A stretch of DNA of 64,000 nt, from assembly GCA_963713955.1 (NCBI GenBank), contig OY970216.1, positions 442,252-506,251 on the forward strand, written 5' to 3'. Below the pieces are notes generated by a model. That model saw nothing but the letters and a program-made list of their open reading frames with translations, was not told the DNA's origin and did not search any database. Position 1 is the first letter of the stretch. Each line of letters opens with the position of its first letter. This document shows, piece by piece, positions 63,093 through 64,000 of the stretch. The DNA comes from an uncultured bacterium (GTDB lineage: Bacteria; Patescibacteriota; Minisyncoccia; UBA6257; GWB1-50-10). The translations under genes were made by a program, and so were the position numbers.

Positions 63093-63767
63093 ATGGCGCA
63101 AAAAATAAAACCAAACGCATACCGGCTAGGCATCACGATTCCTTGGTCATCCAAGTGGTTTTTTAAGAAATCGCTGAAATTTTTCTTGGAAGAAGATCAC
63201 CTGATACGGCGGGTGATAAACAAAGAGATCCTTCAGTCCGGGATCGCCGGAGTAGAAATAGAAAGAACCGGCGAAAACATAAGAATCACCGTGAAATCAT
63301 CGAAACCGGGACTCATTATCGGCAGAGGCGGCAAGGGAGTGGAAGAGCTGAAAAACAAAATATACAAGGAAATAAAAAAATTGAGGAGAAAAAATAAGGT
63401 TACCCAGACGCCGGCCCTCAACATAAACATAGAAGAACTTAGAAGATTCGACGTCTCGGCCCAGGTAACGGCGCAGCAGCTGGCTTACGACATAGAAAAG
63501 AGGTTGCCGTACCGCCGAGTCATGAAAAAGGGGCTGGAAGCGATTATGCAAAATAGGGAAGTCAAGGGCGCAAAAATAAAAATGGGCGGGCGATTGGACG
63601 GCGCTGAGATATCGAGAAGCGACTCCATGCTGAAGGGCAAAATGCCCCTTTCGAGCCTCAGATCCAACATTGATTACGGTGAAGCGGTGGCTTACAACAC
63701 GTATGGGACGGTAGGGGTGAAAGTCTGGATCTATAAGGGAGAAATTTTCGACGAAAATAAAAAATAA
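63093..63767 (+). CDS. rpsC: 30S ribosomal protein uS3
   Basis: MAQKIKP..YRLG, KPGLIIGRGG, GRLDGAEI, GVKVWIYKG motifs. Confidence 0.97.
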   Translation: MAQKIKPNAYRLGITIPWSSKWFFKKSLKFFLEEDHLIRRVINKEILQSGIAGVEIERTGENIRITVKSSKPGLIIGRGGKGVEELKNKIYKEIKKLRRKNKVTQTPALNINIEELRRFDVSAQVTAQQLAYDIEKRLPYRRVMKKGLEAIMQNREVKGAKIKMGGRLDGAEISRSDSMLKGKMPLSSLRSNIDYGEAVAYNTYGTVGVKVWIYKGEIFDENKK

Positions 63768-64000
63768 ATGCTCTTACAACCCAAAAAACAAAAACACAGG
63801 AAGCAGCAAAAAGGCAGATCCAAGAAGAGGATCACGGAAACTCGGGGGCTCGATCTTAGTTTCGGCGCATTCGGTCTTCAGTCCCGGGAAATGGCTTGGA
63901 TAACCGCCCAACAAATCGAAGCCGCAAGGAAATCGATAACGCACGCCCTGAAGAAAGGCGGCAAGCTCTGGATAAGGATTTTCCCCGATAAGCCCGTAAC
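63768..64000 (+). CDS. rplP: 50S ribosomal protein uL16 (partial, runs off the window)
   Basis: [31 protein letters not shown]. Confidence 0.95.
   Translation, partial: MLLQPKKQKHRKQQKGRSKKRITETRGLDLSFGAFGLQSREMAWITAQQIEAARKSITHALKKGGKLWIRIFPDKPV

Overview
This 64-kb window is chromosomal DNA from a bacterium that looks like Patescibacteria (CPR, Parcubacteria-like). The assignment is an inference from the archaeal-type PyrH, double-domain ThyX, short XseA/AtpC/Rel, many apparently leaderless genes and multiple type IV pilin-like genes. Housekeeping blocks are hrcA-grpE-dnaK-dnaJ-xseAB with a CIRCE, parA/parB, rel, groES-groEL-thyX, lemA-htpX-pyrH, dnaX, a complete F1Fo atp operon, dnaG-rpoD, and the str and S10 ribosomal protein operons up to a partial rplP. 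There are four intact tRNAs (Leu-CAA, Ser-GGA, Gln-TTG, Pro-GGG), one tRNA-like gene broken by an IS, and two IS3-family elements. Three accessory features stand out. (1) Three dispersed pilin-like paralogues share a conserved N-terminal pilin module with an S|F rather than G|F cleavage site but differ in their C-terminal LamG/lectin-like modules; one of them splits the S10 operon. (2) A dense, nested set of transposase-less palindromic elements is present. One family duplicates CAWG targets and lands on start codons or inside other repeats; others keep loop sequences while replacing their stems; small hairpins sit in frame inside proteins. (3) An integrase-less islet at tRNA-Gln encodes a Cys-repeat secreted protein. 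uL3 also appears to carry a large internal deletion, and several promoter-driven non-coding intervals may encode unannotated RNAs. All assignments come from reading the sequence; no searches were run.
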